Made by a program: the position numbers and the translations under genes. 64,000 bases of DNA from a virus, in IMG/VR virus record IMGVR_UViG_3300027969_000073, positions 27,084 to 91,083 of that record; one strand, 5' to 3'. The notes under the pieces are model-generated. The model was not told the origin of the DNA and did no database searches. It saw only the letters and a list, made by a program, of their open reading frames with translations. This document shows positions 30,001 to 39,771 of this stretch, one piece after another. The first letter of the stretch is position 1. Each line of letters starts with the position of its first letter.

Positions 30001-31299
30001 AACATTAGCCTGGTTTACAAAACCATTTGTAGGACTTCCGTCTAAAGTAAATTGTTGTAAGTGAAATTTAAAACTAATATTAGAACTTTCCCCTCCTAAA
30101 GTTACACCGTCAGATTGATATTTAAACTGGTCATCACTAAACCATCCGTCACTCCATTGAGCATCACGATTGTAACGTTGACAAAATTTATCTCCATCTG
30201 TAATAGCTCCTGAATCGTAACGTACAATAGAAGTATCAAAAGTTTCTTCTAATTCTGCTAGTCGATCTTGAATAGAAAAATTAGAGGATTTTAAATTAGC
30301 AATTACTAGTGAGCTATCTTTTTGAGTAATACTTTTAGCTGTTTTAAAAGCAAAAGATTTTAATATATATTCTGAATACTCTATAATATAAGCAGTCTCT
30401 TCATTTCCTGTAATTAGGAAATTTACTAGAGAACCTGTAATAGCTTTTGTTTCTATAAAACTTACTTTAGGAGTTCCTCTAAAGTCTTCATGAAAAATTA
30501 AAAATATATCTATTTCTGAAAAATCAGAATAGTTAGTTACATTTACATTAATGCTTAAAGCTTTTCCTGAATTAGTTCCTTTAGGCATTCCAATATATTG
30601 AGCAGACTGAGTCAGTAATTCAGACTTAGAAGTAACATGTATTAAGTTACTTGGTGGAGATATTAAAGATTCTTTACCATCAGCTGTTCTTACTCTATAA
30701 GCTACTTGATATTCTCCTACTAATAAATTACCTCCATTAAGAATGTTATTTAATAAAGGCTGAACAAAAATAGTATCTGGATAAATATCAATTAATCCTG
30801 TAGGAGTTGTTAATAGTACAGGTGAGCTAATATTTATAGAGCGTAAGTAGTTATTATAGTCTGTCCAATAAACTCTTTGAATTCCTGCTTGTTCGTATCT
30901 TCCTAATGCTTCTATTGGAAAGTTTTTGCTAAAGTTTAAATCAGCACTATAGTAAAGTAAATTAGGATAACTGGGTAATATTTCTCTAGTAGCTTCATCA
31001 TATTGAACTTCATAAATCCAACCGTTAGTATTAGAGTCATCTGCAACAAATAAAATAATTCTACTTCTAATTGTAGTGTATCCAATAATTTCTGGAATAC
31101 CTACAGCAGTTCCCCATTCTCCTGTTTTAGGAATTTCAAAAGATTCTACGTTACCTTGAATATTAGTAAATGCTCCCATAGATTCTCCTTTAGTAGTGGA
31201 GATTCTAATATCAACGGCATCTATATATAAATTAGGGGGAAGACTGTCGTAAGCAGCATCCATGTTCATTCCTCCGTATGTAGTAACGTGTGCTTCCAT
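27040..31299 (-). CDS. Tail stabilisation / muzzle protein (P22 gp10-like, crAss-like)
   Basis: 1419 aa; N-terminal TYGGMNMD, VYWTDYNN, YKRGETYRFGIVFY; adjacent to tail tubular gene. Confidence 0.8.
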   Translation of the reverse strand: MEAHVTTYGGMNMDAAYDSLPPNLYIDAVDIRISTTKGESMGAFTNIQGNVESFEIPKTGEWGTAVGIPEIIGYTTIRSRIILFVADDSNTNGWIYEVQYDEATREILPSYPNLLYYSADLNFSKNFPIEALGRYEQAGIQRVYWTDYNNYLRSINISSPVLLTTPTGLIDIYPDTIFVQPLLNNILNGGNLLVGEYQVAYRVRTADGKESLISPPSNLIHVTSKSELLTQSAQYIGMPKGTNSGKALSINVNVTNYSDFSEIDIFLIFHEDFRGTPKVSFIETKAITGSLVNFLITGNEETAYIIEYSEYILKSFAFKTAKSITQKDSSLVIANLKSSNFSIQDRLAELEETFDTSIVRYDSGAITDGDKFCQRYNRDAQWSDGWFSDDQFKYQSDGVTLGGESSNISFKFHLQQFTLDGSPTNGFVNQANVPDYGPTPPPHDLDDGAGVYQNITFPNNASPFISGLLRGYKRGETYRFGIVFYNKKGESSFVEHLCDIKFPDISDQDGTTNNSGTNYFPLTTSSGTTTYGYALGVEFTLDFSTCPDFLSEVESYQIVRLERTDVDKRRITSGIIKAFADIEIGPTGSGLDFDLTQPVGGTVISGGSDIYHIYPENVIGTHFEHLHGAVDTYGSIPGDFIAYHSADISYNFDNIPELITSSNNACVLVTGAFYQPGGTYIPSVDLSGPEDLCAFAEDYRLTMRTTYNLDSLSPENIKIWANGKSKVGMYSTSEYTDNIIGPFDVGGTATYLRNYSATYNVGGSGINDPQNGPGPADPARLINKGATGIIGRIGKLLFDPIDPLQPIPASSAYDNFGPDVAASTSTPYSGANYLYTPIVDIVLPKEEVYGGYTDDVLAANTFISASPIIPVTETNPKVFGGDIFINMFTFQGTTLELNTIFYKNAGTGTPDAFGTSYSTTGAFPVESSINIDLAQGATLKTGVKYTEALNDTQNTVLRQETNNTYTQYGENLYMYAYNTVYSQENSNVVFFTKPLNFDNTSAANDIRAYLSNVKINGDKIDAWTKFGVNNYYDIDDYGPINKIVNWKDTVYFIQDRGFGAYAINRAAITSTNDGVPTQLGTGQGFGKHQYISKEHGAIHQWGIKTTDSGIYLFDGIHRKIFVFNGQGNNPLSELKGIHSFLQALPDGVFYRKENQGDNPIKGYGVTIGKDRINDEVIFTFLSTTPRVLVVIGGDTYYPGDIITSGGLYYVVTIEFIASSIPDDLKEQLDRYADLVNIISRLNATSIVYDELMQQFSSKYSATPKMWIENGDILLSANPKKGNIVYTHNIGNWGEFYGNVEEASITLVINPNADINKILRTLEFNSIVRDDLKQVDRTKTITGFRIQTQVQDSGIIPFSSGRIKRRFDKWRVKLPRDINSVSQQGRFRSTHFIVTLYFDNNINKEFIMNRLISYYDPQVL

Positions 31300-32124
31300 T
31301 TATGATGTTGCTGGATTGCTACCTTGCGCAGTAGCAGATAATACATTAATTGTTGATACCAAACCAATACCTGCTTTAGGTCTAAACTTACGCATTTCAG
31401 GTAATTGCATGTTAGCAAAGAAATTGCTGTGGTCTTGTAAACTTGGAATAGTACGTACCCAAGAATTTTTTACAGTTTCTGCTTCATCTACACCGTTCCA
31501 TTGTTTAGAATGATTAACTGCTTGAGCAAAATACCAATCTCTATCTCTTTCAATAATTTGATATTTGTCTCCTGTTAATTCATTACGTAGCCAAAGTTTA
31601 AATGCTACTTTATGTCCAACATAAAAAGAAGCTGCTGCTAACCATTGTTGTTCTGCAGGGATTGTAGGATAACCACACTCGTCTGTAGGAATAGCTTCAT
31701 ACGATATTGCTAAGAATCCTTTATCAAATGAAGGAAAAACAAATCCTTGGCCTACTGTATAAGTTTCTCTAGATTCAGTTGTATAATCACGGTTGTCTTT
31801 GTGATATCTTGTATGGAAGTTATCTGTTGCCCAACGCATTGGATACATTCTTCCTTGACCGCATTCTGCTTCTTCTAAAGTATCAATACCTTCAAGATGA
31901 GCTGTTTGTTTGATTTTATGCAAATCAAATGGCAAATCTCCTCTACCGTCACATACTTGTATGTAGCCAATTTTATCTTCCATAACTACACCTGAGTTAG
32001 TGTGAGCCATGAATTCTGCTAACCATTCTACTCCTTCTTCTTCATTAATTTCATAATTAAATCCGAAGTCACGAATAACTTTGTCAATGATAGCTTTATA
32101 TGAAACGGTATTTCCTGAATGCAT
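31300..32124 (-). CDS. Tail tubular / ring protein (crAss-like)
   Basis: 274 aa; VSYKAIIDKV, YEAIPTDECGYPTIP; conserved position upstream of the stabilisation gene. Confidence 0.7.
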   Translation of the reverse strand: MHSGNTVSYKAIIDKVIRDFGFNYEINEEEGVEWLAEFMAHTNSGVVMEDKIGYIQVCDGRGDLPFDLHKIKQTAHLEGIDTLEEAECGQGRMYPMRWATDNFHTRYHKDNRDYTTESRETYTVGQGFVFPSFDKGFLAISYEAIPTDECGYPTIPAEQQWLAAASFYVGHKVAFKLWLRNELTGDKYQIIERDRDWYFAQAVNHSKQWNGVDEAETVKNSWVRTIPSLQDHSNFFANMQLPEMRKFRPKAGIGLVSTINVLSATAQGSNPATS

Positions 32125-32414
32125 TATCCTAAGTTTTTAAGTATTGATTCTAATCTGTTGGCGATACCTTCAGAAGAATTATCTTTCATAGGGTCTTCTG
32201 TATGAACTGATTTATCTTCATCATATTGCCAACATCCGTCTTTGTCTTTTTTACGAGTACAAATAGTTTTAATGTAGCCTCCTTCAACTTGTTCTACTTT
32301 TACTTCTTCGTAGCTTCCGTCTTCAAACTCTTTACGAGTTGAACGAACTAACGATTCTACTTCTTTTGAAGAACCTTCGTTCTCTTCTTTTCCTATACTA
32401 AACATATTATCCAT
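32124..32414 (-). CDS. Hypothetical acidic protein
   Basis: ORF coupled to neighbours by overlaps. Confidence 0.55.
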   Translation of the reverse strand: MDNMFSIGKEENEGSSKEVESLVRSTRKEFEDGSYEEVKVEQVEGGYIKTICTRKKDKDGCWQYDEDKSVHTEDPMKDNSSEGIANRLESILKNLG

Positions 32415-32955
32415 AATAAAATACTTTACGATTTGGATCCTTAACCACTTTGGCTAATAATCTTGAGTATTGTCTTGATGCTTTAAAATTATAGAAGACT
32501 TGGAACTTTACATTAGACGAAGTCTTATCCCAAAAGTGTCTATAAAATTCTTGTTGCGAGTGATCATTTTCATGAAATATTAAAATCTTTTTTTCAATTG
32601 CAACTATCTCTTCATCAGATACTTTATATTTATCTCTCCAATATTTCCAAGTAGCTTCCCAATTAGGCTTTAAACTAAATGAGCGTCTACCATCTTTTCT
32701 GAAGAAATTTAATTTTGTACTTTTAATTCTAATTCTTCCTACTCTACCTAATTTTAATTCTAAACCTGTAGCTACAATCTGAGTGCTAAACTCATTTAGT
32801 AATTCTTTTAGAAAAGCGTTATATTTAGGTTGAGATATTACTTTTTCTTTGGCATTATTCTTATAGTGCAAGAAGAAATTTCTTTTCTTAACATCACCAG
32901 AAAGTTTTCCTTTCCCACGTTTTAAATGCGCATTATTGCTGTGCTGGTCGTTCAT
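32407..32955 (-). CDS. IHF/HU-like protein of crAss-like tail module
   Basis: Basic; LELKLGRVGRIRIK and FKASR motifs; conserved position. Confidence 0.65.
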   Translation of the reverse strand: MNDQHSNNAHLKRGKGKLSGDVKKRNFFLHYKNNAKEKVISQPKYNAFLKELLNEFSTQIVATGLELKLGRVGRIRIKSTKLNFFRKDGRRSFSLKPNWEATWKYWRDKYKVSDEEIVAIEKKILIFHENDHSQQEFYRHFWDKTSSNVKFQVFYNFKASRQYSRLLAKVVKDPNRKVFYYG

Positions 32956-33667
32956 CTAAATTTCCTCTTGATAATCCTCTACTACCTGCCACACTATCTT
33001 GAGCATCATTTGCATCATCATTAGAGAATGCCATTTTTTGTACAAGTTGCTGAACAATGTATGGCTTCATATATGCCCACATCCATTGATTTAGTGGATA
33101 AGGACTTGCAGGACTCCAACATGTATTACCTGTAGTACAATTAATAAAATCTCCAAGTACAGTAGGGTCTTCAAAAATACCAAGCATATTAATATATCTT
33201 AAGTTTAAGACAATTGGGTCTTTACTCATAACATACATATATCCTTGATACAAGAAAGCATAAATAGAACGTGCAGTTGTACGTCCATTTCCTACATAAG
33301 GTGCGCGTGAATAAGTGATTATGTTAAATCGAGGCTTCATCATATCCACTGGTCCTATTGAAGTAATTCCTTTGTTAAAATTAAACTCAATAGTATTTGG
33401 GATAGGTTTTACAGTTCTAAGTATTTTACATCCTGTTGGAACAGTAATGCAGCAATTATGTGGGTCTACTAATTCTAATTCTACACAAGGTAATTCTTGG
33501 AGAATGTAAGGGTCAATAGAACGATTTTTGTTGTATTCATTACGAATCCATAGAGATCTTTGCTCATTAATTAAATCTGTAAAGTACTCAAAAGTAAATA
33601 CAGACTCAATAGAGTTGATATTAAGAGCTTCTAAAAGCTGTGCATGTAAGTCTTCTAACTTCAACAT
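32933..33667 (-). CDS. Head-tail ring (neck) protein
   Basis: ELPCVELELVD, GIFEDP, YPL motifs; synteny. ATG at 33667 preferred over the TTG in the track. Confidence 0.6.
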   Translation of the reverse strand: MLKLEDLHAQLLEALNINSIESVFTFEYFTDLINEQRSLWIRNEYNKNRSIDPYILQELPCVELELVDPHNCCITVPTGCKILRTVKPIPNTIEFNFNKGITSIGPVDMMKPRFNIITYSRAPYVGNGRTTARSIYAFLYQGYMYVMSKDPIVLNLRYINMLGIFEDPTVLGDFINCTTGNTCWSPASPYPLNQWMWAYMKPYIVQQLVQKMAFSNDDANDAQDSVAGSRGLSRGNLDERPAQQ

Positions 33668-33694
33668 AATAAGCAAATATACAATTTATTTTAA

Positions 33695-33835
33695 TTACTT
33701 ACCTTGGCCACGGTAAGCTTTCTTATAATTTCTAGACTTCTTACATTTAGAAGTTTTAGTTTTAGCATGTACTCCTGGTCTAGAAACTTTTGGTGTTGCT
33801 AATTTACCAATTCCACTTTCTTTTACTTTTGCCAT
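33695..33835 (-). CDS. Small basic protein (46 aa)
   Basis: MAKVKESGIGKLATPKVSRPGVHAKTKTSKCKKSRNYKKAYRGQGK; fills the gap on the coding strand; below the ORF-track cut-off. Confidence 0.7.
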   Translation of the reverse strand: MAKVKESGIGKLATPKVSRPGVHAKTKTSKCKKSRNYKKAYRGQGK

Positions 33836-33840
33836 AATAC

Positions 33841-34452
33841 TTAACTTAAAAGTTGATAATATTTTTTAGTTAATTCTGTTCTATGAGATAAACCATTTGT
33901 TCCTCCGTTAATTCTTTTAGTAACTGTAAGAATAGATGCATCATCCATTTTTAAACATAATGGCCAAAGTTTATTTCTTTCAAAATAAAATAAAGCTGAA
34001 GCAAATGCATAATCAGTAGCTACTACATTAGGATTAGAGATTATTTCAGGTTTATCAAGATATTTAGAAAATGCTATATAATTATCTTTTCCAGTTAATT
34101 GTAGAGCACCTCTTCCACGATACTTATAGCCTTCTCCTGTATTCTCAGGACCGTTACCCATTCTGTTAGCATAAACTTTGTTAGCAATTTTTTCAGGCTG
34201 TCTTTGGTAAGCCATTGCTATTACTTTTGTAGGAAAATACTTTTTAAATATTTTCATTAATCCGTCTGCAGAATAGTTTAAGTTTTCTGTAAATATACTA
34301 AAGCTTCCTGTTTCATGTGCTAATTGTCCAAAGAAATGTGCCGTTTGTTCTTTGGACAATTTGTAATAAACCATTGCTTTAGTTAAAGTTTCTTTACCAA
34401 ATACTCCATCAGGAGTAGCTCCTATAATTTCTTGAAATTTTGCTAAGCTCAT
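33841..34452 (-). CDS. Endolysin, GH19 family
   Basis: HFFGQLAHETG, YRGRGALQLTGKDNY, TKRINGG; short N-terminal peptidoglycan-binding-like DGVFGKET. Confidence 0.9.
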   Translation of the reverse strand: MSLAKFQEIIGATPDGVFGKETLTKAMVYYKLSKEQTAHFFGQLAHETGSFSIFTENLNYSADGLMKIFKKYFPTKVIAMAYQRQPEKIANKVYANRMGNGPENTGEGYKYRGRGALQLTGKDNYIAFSKYLDKPEIISNPNVVATDYAFASALFYFERNKLWPLCLKMDDASILTVTKRINGGTNGLSHRTELTKKYYQLLS

Positions 34453-34952
34453 TATTTAAGTATTGCGACTCCCGTCATTAATAATCCATAGATTGTAAGT
34501 CCTAATCTCTGTTTCTTTAATTTCTTGATATCAAATTTTTGAGTAGTAATAATAGTATCTTTTGAGTCAATAATGTAGCGCTGTGCGAGGATTATAGTAT
34601 CTTGTCGAGCAATTACATCATCTTTAAATTTATCACGCGCGTATAGCACATGAATCATTGTATCTTGAATTTGTATAATATTAAAAGTATCTCGACTATT
34701 TCTAACTTTTTCTAATTCTTGTTCTAGGTCTAAAAGACCTGCATTTAAAGTAGCAATGATTTTTTTATCATTGTTAACTCCTATTGTTTGTTTTTCAATA
34801 ATTGTTTCTTTTCCTTGTATTCTATGTTCAATAGTTTTTTGCTTAGTTACAGGATAAACTTGTTTAGGATTTTTAAGTAAAAGCAACAAAACTCCTACTC
34901 CTAAAATTAATTGAAAAATTAATGTAATATTGTGTTTTATTTTAATATCCAT
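34452..34952 (-). CDS. Spanin-like membrane-anchored coiled-coil protein
   Basis: N- and C-terminal hydrophobic segments with coiled coil between; lies between holin and lysin. Confidence 0.5.
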   Translation of the reverse strand: MDIKIKHNITLIFQLILGVGVLLLLLKNPKQVYPVTKQKTIEHRIQGKETIIEKQTIGVNNDKKIIATLNAGLLDLEQELEKVRNSRDTFNIIQIQDTMIHVLYARDKFKDDVIARQDTIILAQRYIIDSKDTIITTQKFDIKKLKKQRLGLTIYGLLMTGVAILK

Positions 34953-35003
34953 ATTAGAAAGTATAATACTAAATAAGTAGTAAATAAAAGCCAGAATAAT
35001 TGT

Positions 35004-35516
35004 TTAAGGTTGAAGTTCATCTTTAGTATTTTTAATAAATGAAGTAGTGTCTTTTATACCGCTACGGATTTTTTTAACCATAGCAAATACTTTACTTAGC
35101 ATATTATTGCCAGTGATGTCAATCCAATTTTCATTTATCGAAGATACTTCAATTAAACTAAAGATAATAAGTAAAAGGTTTGTAAATAAGGCAGTTGTTA
35201 AAATAGTAATCTTATAGGATGGGGCAAATAAATCAATTCCTTTTTGTAAAAATGGAGTTAAAAAGTAAAAATCTATAGGAAAAATAGCTCCTGCTAAAAT
35301 AAAATAACCAGCTGCTTTATAGATATATCCAGTTCTAAGAACTCTTGAATTAAAAACATCTTTAAATTTGCGTCCTGTTTTTTTAGCAATACTTTTAATT
35401 GCAAATAATTTAACTAAAGTATCTATTCCCATTACTATCATTAGAATGATAACACATAATTCAATAGGAGCAAATACTCCAAAAATTCCGATTAACCAAA
35501 TAATTGCTTTTTTCAT
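35004..35516 (-). CDS. Holin
   Basis: Several TM helices; IEVSSINENW motif typical of holin-4-like families; in lysis cassette. Confidence 0.7.
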   Translation of the reverse strand: MKKAIIWLIGIFGVFAPIELCVIILMIVMGIDTLVKLFAIKSIAKKTGRKFKDVFNSRVLRTGYIYKAAGYFILAGAIFPIDFYFLTPFLQKGIDLFAPSYKITILTTALFTNLLLIIFSLIEVSSINENWIDITGNNMLSKVFAMVKKIRSGIKDTTSFIKNTKDELQP

Positions 35517-35542
35517 GAGGATAAATTTACAAAATTAATTCT

Positions 35543-35773
35543 TTATATTTCGTATTTAGTAAGTTCTACCATTGTCCATATTTTTACTTCTTTATCATTC
35601 CAATCTGTTACATAAGTAAACCCCCCAAGAGTAACTCCAAAGTTTGCTGTTGTTGTAGAAAGTAATACATCAACACTACAAGTTTTTTGTGCAATAGTAT
35701 CATGTATTGTAATTACTTCTATTGTAGGGTCAATAATTTCTACATTAAATTGAGGAAATTTATAAGTTGCCAT
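35543..35773 (-). CDS. Small tail-fibre-associated protein (chaperone-like)
   Basis: 76 aa, directly downstream of the fibre genes. Confidence 0.45.
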   Translation of the reverse strand: MATYKFPQFNVEIIDPTIEVITIHDTIAQKTCSVDVLLSTTTANFGVTLGGFTYVTDWNDKEVKIWTMVELTKYEI

Positions 35774-35779
35774 AATATC

Positions 35780-36373
35780 TTAAGTTAGTGTTGTTCCTGT
35801 TACTGTGAATGTTCTACATGGTATATATCTACCACCAATATCAGCTTTTGCAGTTAAATTCATCCAACTACCTGCTAATGTATGTGCTATAATATTAACT
35901 GCTGCGTATGTTGTTGAACACCAAAATGTAATTCCTGAGTAATTAAATGGTGCATAATTCAACAATTGAGTTAATTGATAGTTGCAAATGTTCTCAAGTT
36001 CTCTTTTGTTTGTCAATCTACAACCGCTAAATCCTCCAAAAGTACCTTGTGCTGCATCAATAGCAGCATTCCATGTTATATTTGGTAGACCTAAAGAAGT
36101 TATGTAGTAACCTAATACAGTTGTACCATTAGAAGTACTCCAATCAATCACCCAATTATTAGCATATGTAGTGCCACCTAAAGTATCAGTGAATCTATTT
36201 GTATTTCCAAATGGATTATTTGAAATTAATGTAAAAAAATCTGAACCTCTACCCTTTTCTAAATCACCATCATCACCAGTTCTATAAGACGTAGTTTGTC
36301 CTGTCTTCATCAACTCAGCACTAGAATAAGTTGGCGGGCTACTACTTTGTTTTATATCTATTCTTGTTGACAT
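35780..36373 (-). CDS. Lcl/DUF1566-like (C-type lectin fold) receptor-binding protein
   Basis: KTGQTTSYRTGDDGD, NRFTD, TWNAAI, CRLTNKREL, FWCSTT. Confidence 0.7.
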   Translation of the reverse strand: MSTRIDIKQSSSPPTYSSAELMKTGQTTSYRTGDDGDLEKGRGSDFFTLISNNPFGNTNRFTDTLGGTTYANNWVIDWSTSNGTTVLGYYITSLGLPNITWNAAIDAAQGTFGGFSGCRLTNKRELENICNYQLTQLLNYAPFNYSGITFWCSTTYAAVNIIAHTLAGSWMNLTAKADIGGRYIPCRTFTVTGTTLT

Positions 36374-36387
36374 TAGTAATTTTTATT

Positions 36388-36876
36388 TTAAGGTATGAAA
36401 GTTAATGTTCCTGCACCTGCATTAGGGAATGCATTTCCAACAACTATTGTCCCATCAAATGAGCAATATGTACCATTATCTACAAAGTTTGAAACAATCA
36501 TTATAGAATTTGGATTTGCATTAGTTGGAATATTTATTAATAATGCTGTATTATTAAGTCTATTTGTTAGATAGCCATTTATGCCTAAACTATTAAAAGT
36601 AGTATAGTTAATTCTAATTCCAATTACATCTCCTTCTGAAGTAGAAAAATTAGCTTGCCCACTAGTAGGTGCAGCAGAAAGATTTGTGACATTATATTGG
36701 AAAGCATTAAATGGACTTGAAGAAGCTCCTCCTGAAACTGTAACAGTAACATTATTTCCAACTGTAGTAGCTGTTACACCTGCACCAACAAAATTAATAC
36801 TAGAAGCATCAGTAGTTAGACTTGAACTTTCATCTAGTATTGCGAGTCTTTTTTTTATGTTAATTCCTGTACTCAT
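36388..36876 (-). CDS. Tail fibre/spike subunit
   Basis: SINFVGAGVTATTVGNNVTVTV fibre-shaft motif. Confidence 0.55.
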   Translation of the reverse strand: MSTGINIKKRLAILDESSSLTTDASSINFVGAGVTATTVGNNVTVTVSGGASSSPFNAFQYNVTNLSAAPTSGQANFSTSEGDVIGIRINYTTFNSLGINGYLTNRLNNTALLINIPTNANPNSIMIVSNFVDNGTYCSFDGTIVVGNAFPNAGAGTLTFIP

Positions 36877-36888
36877 TAGTATGTCTTA

Positions 36889-37371
36889 TTATGCTACATT
36901 AAATATGGTAATGTTAACAGACGGAGACAATGGTCTTGTTGGGTTAGTTCCAGCAGCAGTTGGTATAAGTCTCATTCCTGTAGCTTGTGACCACCAAAAG
37001 AATTTAATATTATCACCTGCGTTTAATTGTATTGTATCCGTTATAACAGCTAGTGTTTGATCATTTTGTGCTCCAGTAGTAGTAAACGTGTATGATGAAT
37101 TAGGAACAATATTATCATTAATTGTAAACCACACAGTTACATTATAGTTAGAAGCCCCGCCAGTAAATGCAAGTTGGAGGCTAGCAGATATAAAATACAT
37201 GGCACTATTAAGTATGTTAATACTATCTGTGCCTAACGTCATGCCAGTAGCTTGCTGCGTTGTATTAATTTTTACCTGATTAGCAGTTGTTGCTCCAGCA
37301 TTTGTCTGTAACGTAGTGTCAAAAAAAGTTCCTGAGTACAAACTTTTTGACAGTGTGATTGAGGCACTCAT
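36889..37371 (-). CDS. Tail fibre subunit, C1q/BclA-like beta-sandwich
   Basis: MYFISASLQL, VWFTIND, QLNAGDNIKFFW. Confidence 0.55.
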   Translation of the reverse strand: MSASITLSKSLYSGTFFDTTLQTNAGATTANQVKINTTQQATGMTLGTDSINILNSAMYFISASLQLAFTGGASNYNVTVWFTINDNIVPNSSYTFTTTGAQNDQTLAVITDTIQLNAGDNIKFFWWSQATGMRLIPTAAGTNPTRPLSPSVNITIFNVA

Positions 37372-37763
37372 TATGTAAGAGTAATAACAAGTAATTCTGC
37401 ACCTGAAGTAGTTGCATCATAAGCAACAGCTGCAAGTGTATTATTTAAAGTTCCTGCATCAAAACTAACAGTTTCTCCTGGCTTAAGAGTTATTGTTTTA
37501 ACAGTTGCATTTGCTGTACCTACATTAGCAATAGACATGCTGTATGCACCTGCAGCAATAGTTCCTGAATTAGTATATCTAAAGATATTAGGAGTTCGTG
37601 TGCCTGCTGTTAATTTAGTATTGACAGCTGCGAGAGTTGTTTCTGTTGCAGCATTAGAACTAGAAGCTACACTGTTAACTTTAACCAACAATTCTTGTTG
37701 GCCTGTTACCATTGCTTCTGTGTTATTAGGTCCGCCTGATAAGGCTACTTTTCTATTTGGCAT
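37371..37763 (-). CDS. Tail fibre subunit
   Basis: AATETTL, LKPGETVSFDAG; T/A-rich. Confidence 0.5.
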   Translation of the reverse strand: MPNRKVALSGGPNNTEAMVTGQQELLVKVNSVASSSNAATETTLAAVNTKLTAGTRTPNIFRYTNSGTIAAGAYSMSIANVGTANATVKTITLKPGETVSFDAGTLNNTLAAVAYDATTSGAELLVITLT

Positions 37764-37783
37764 GATATCTTATTTTAAAATTA

Positions 37784-39484
37784 TTAAGCTTCGTTTCTTG
37801 TTTTGATAACTGTAAATGTAAAAGGACCTTCAAGTGCATCATTATTAGCCCATTGATATCCTGAATCTACCATAGTTAAAGTGCTTCCACAAGGATCTCC
37901 TCCTAAATTAGTTGCCCCTAATAATGTGGTATCTCCACCGCCTGCAATCCATGTTTCTACTCTACCATCAAAATGATCGTTGACAATAAGCATTCCTGAA
38001 AAATTATCAATTAATTGTGTGAATTCATCTGGATTACCTCCTCTAATGGTAACTAAATTATCAGAAGTATCATCAATAATACTATTTCCATAATTATCAA
38101 TAGTAATTTCGTGTCCTGCAGTATTAGGCGCAGTATCTAATTCTGTTCCATCAGCAAATTTAACAGCATCTCCTTGAGGAATAACTTCACGATAATAAGA
38201 ATACGCTCCTATAGCATATACAGCTGTTATTGTTATTGTTAATGGGTCTTCTGTAACACCGTCACTAAAAGTTAAAATATCTCCAACAGTGTAATTATTA
38301 CCTGGGTTTAAATATGTAACATCAGGAATTCCATCTGTAATAGTTACATAAACAAAACAACTTTCTCCTGTTCCTCCTGTAGCAATAAGCATTGCTTCTC
38401 CATCTTCATAATCTGAACCTGCATTTTCGATTGACCAAGTGTCAATTCCTCCAGGATTTTCTTCTGAATTATCCCAACTATTAAAATTAATTTTCCAATA
38501 TAAATCAGTAGTTAAATCATGCATTACTAAATTAGTCTCTATATAAGTAAATGCATCTCCATTCATAGCATTATCAAAATCTGTATAAACACGAGATTTT
38601 ACATTTGTTAAATCCTCAAAACCATTATATCCTGCACGGGTATCTGTGTATTGACTATTCCAACGAGTGTTTTTTGGAGATACTCCTTGAACGCCATTTC
38701 CTTCTATTAAAGCATTATATAGAATATTTCCACTATGATTTTTTGCTAAATGCACTCCAGCAGAAATAACATCAACAGTTACGGGAGTATTATAATTAGT
38801 GACATTTGGTTGCTCAAAAAAAACTGAAGGAAAAATTTCATAGCGGTCATAACCAAAACCGTAATCATTTTCATTTCCTATTCCCCAATAAGTAAATTCA
38901 ATTAACCAATAACGAGTTTCTCCTGATTCAGGATATGTAAACTGCATTACAGTTTTTATTCCTACATATTGAGGAGGCACTCTTTCTCCTGTTGAAGGTG
39001 CTTGAATAGCGTTTCTCCAAGTAGTAAATGTTCTATTAGCAATATTTGTTAAAGGCGCCCAATTAGTATTTGTAGCATCTATATATTGAGTATTCCAAGC
39101 AGTATATGCAGGAGCATTGTTACTATATCCTTCATCTAAAGGATAATTAAAAATACCTCCACCACTATTTCCACGAGTAATTTCTAGTAATCCTGGGATA
39201 ATAATATCTCTATTTTCGGGCTCGTCAATGTTAGCTCCACTAACTTTTATAAAACTTACTTTAGGTCCTACTGAATCTTTTTTAAAATCTAAATTAAAAC
39301 CATCTTGAATATTATCTAAAACTTCTTCCATACTTTTTTTTACAAAAGCTTGGTCAGCCATAGCAACTTCTTTACCATATTCGGTTTTATACATCAAGTC
39401 TCCAGTATTGTTGCTTTTGAATAAATCTATTCCTGTAGCAGTTTCGTGCTCTCCGTTTTGACTAAGTTTTTTATTAATATTCAT
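37784..39484 (-). CDS. Tail fibre/structural protein with internal duplicated domain
   Basis: Two similar units (ITRGNSGGGIFN...TAWNTQY..D...NIANRTF vs LAKNHSGNILYN...TRWNSQY.D...NVKSRVY); PGNNYTVGD. Confidence 0.55.
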   Translation of the reverse strand: MNINKKLSQNGEHETATGIDLFKSNNTGDLMYKTEYGKEVAMADQAFVKKSMEEVLDNIQDGFNLDFKKDSVGPKVSFIKVSGANIDEPENRDIIIPGLLEITRGNSGGGIFNYPLDEGYSNNAPAYTAWNTQYIDATNTNWAPLTNIANRTFTTWRNAIQAPSTGERVPPQYVGIKTVMQFTYPESGETRYWLIEFTYWGIGNENDYGFGYDRYEIFPSVFFEQPNVTNYNTPVTVDVISAGVHLAKNHSGNILYNALIEGNGVQGVSPKNTRWNSQYTDTRAGYNGFEDLTNVKSRVYTDFDNAMNGDAFTYIETNLVMHDLTTDLYWKINFNSWDNSEENPGGIDTWSIENAGSDYEDGEAMLIATGGTGESCFVYVTITDGIPDVTYLNPGNNYTVGDILTFSDGVTEDPLTITITAVYAIGAYSYYREVIPQGDAVKFADGTELDTAPNTAGHEITIDNYGNSIIDDTSDNLVTIRGGNPDEFTQLIDNFSGMLIVNDHFDGRVETWIAGGGDTTLLGATNLGGDPCGSTLTMVDSGYQWANNDALEGPFTFTVIKTRNEA

Positions 39485-39486
39485 GA

Positions 39487-39771
39487 TTATGCGTTTAAAA
39501 GTTTTTTCATTTGATTATATGTCAAGAAGTTGTAATCTGTAGTATCATTAGGAATGTCTCTAACATCATAACAATTTAAGATTTCTAAAGCTCTTCTTTT
39601 ATTTTTTAGCATTTCTAAAGCTTCACAATTAAAAGAACCAAACTGCATGTTAGTTAAATAAGACTGAACACATTGTGCAAATTCACATTGTGTTTGCCAT
39701 ACTAAAGTAATAAAGCATGCAACTTCAGGATTCATATCTTCAGTTATTTCTATAGTAGTAGAACAACTCAT
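39487..39771 (-). CDS. Small Cys-rich structural protein (tail hub-like)
   Basis: 94 aa; structural module context. Confidence 0.45.
   Translation of the reverse strand: MSCSTTIEITEDMNPEVACFITLVWQTQCEFAQCVQSYLTNMQFGSFNCEALEMLKNKRRALEILNCYDVRDIPNDTTDYNFLTYNQMKKLLNA

Noticed and set aside
35780-36373. Diversity-generating retroelement
   Set aside because: Target-like fold only; no reverse transcriptase or template repeat found in this window.
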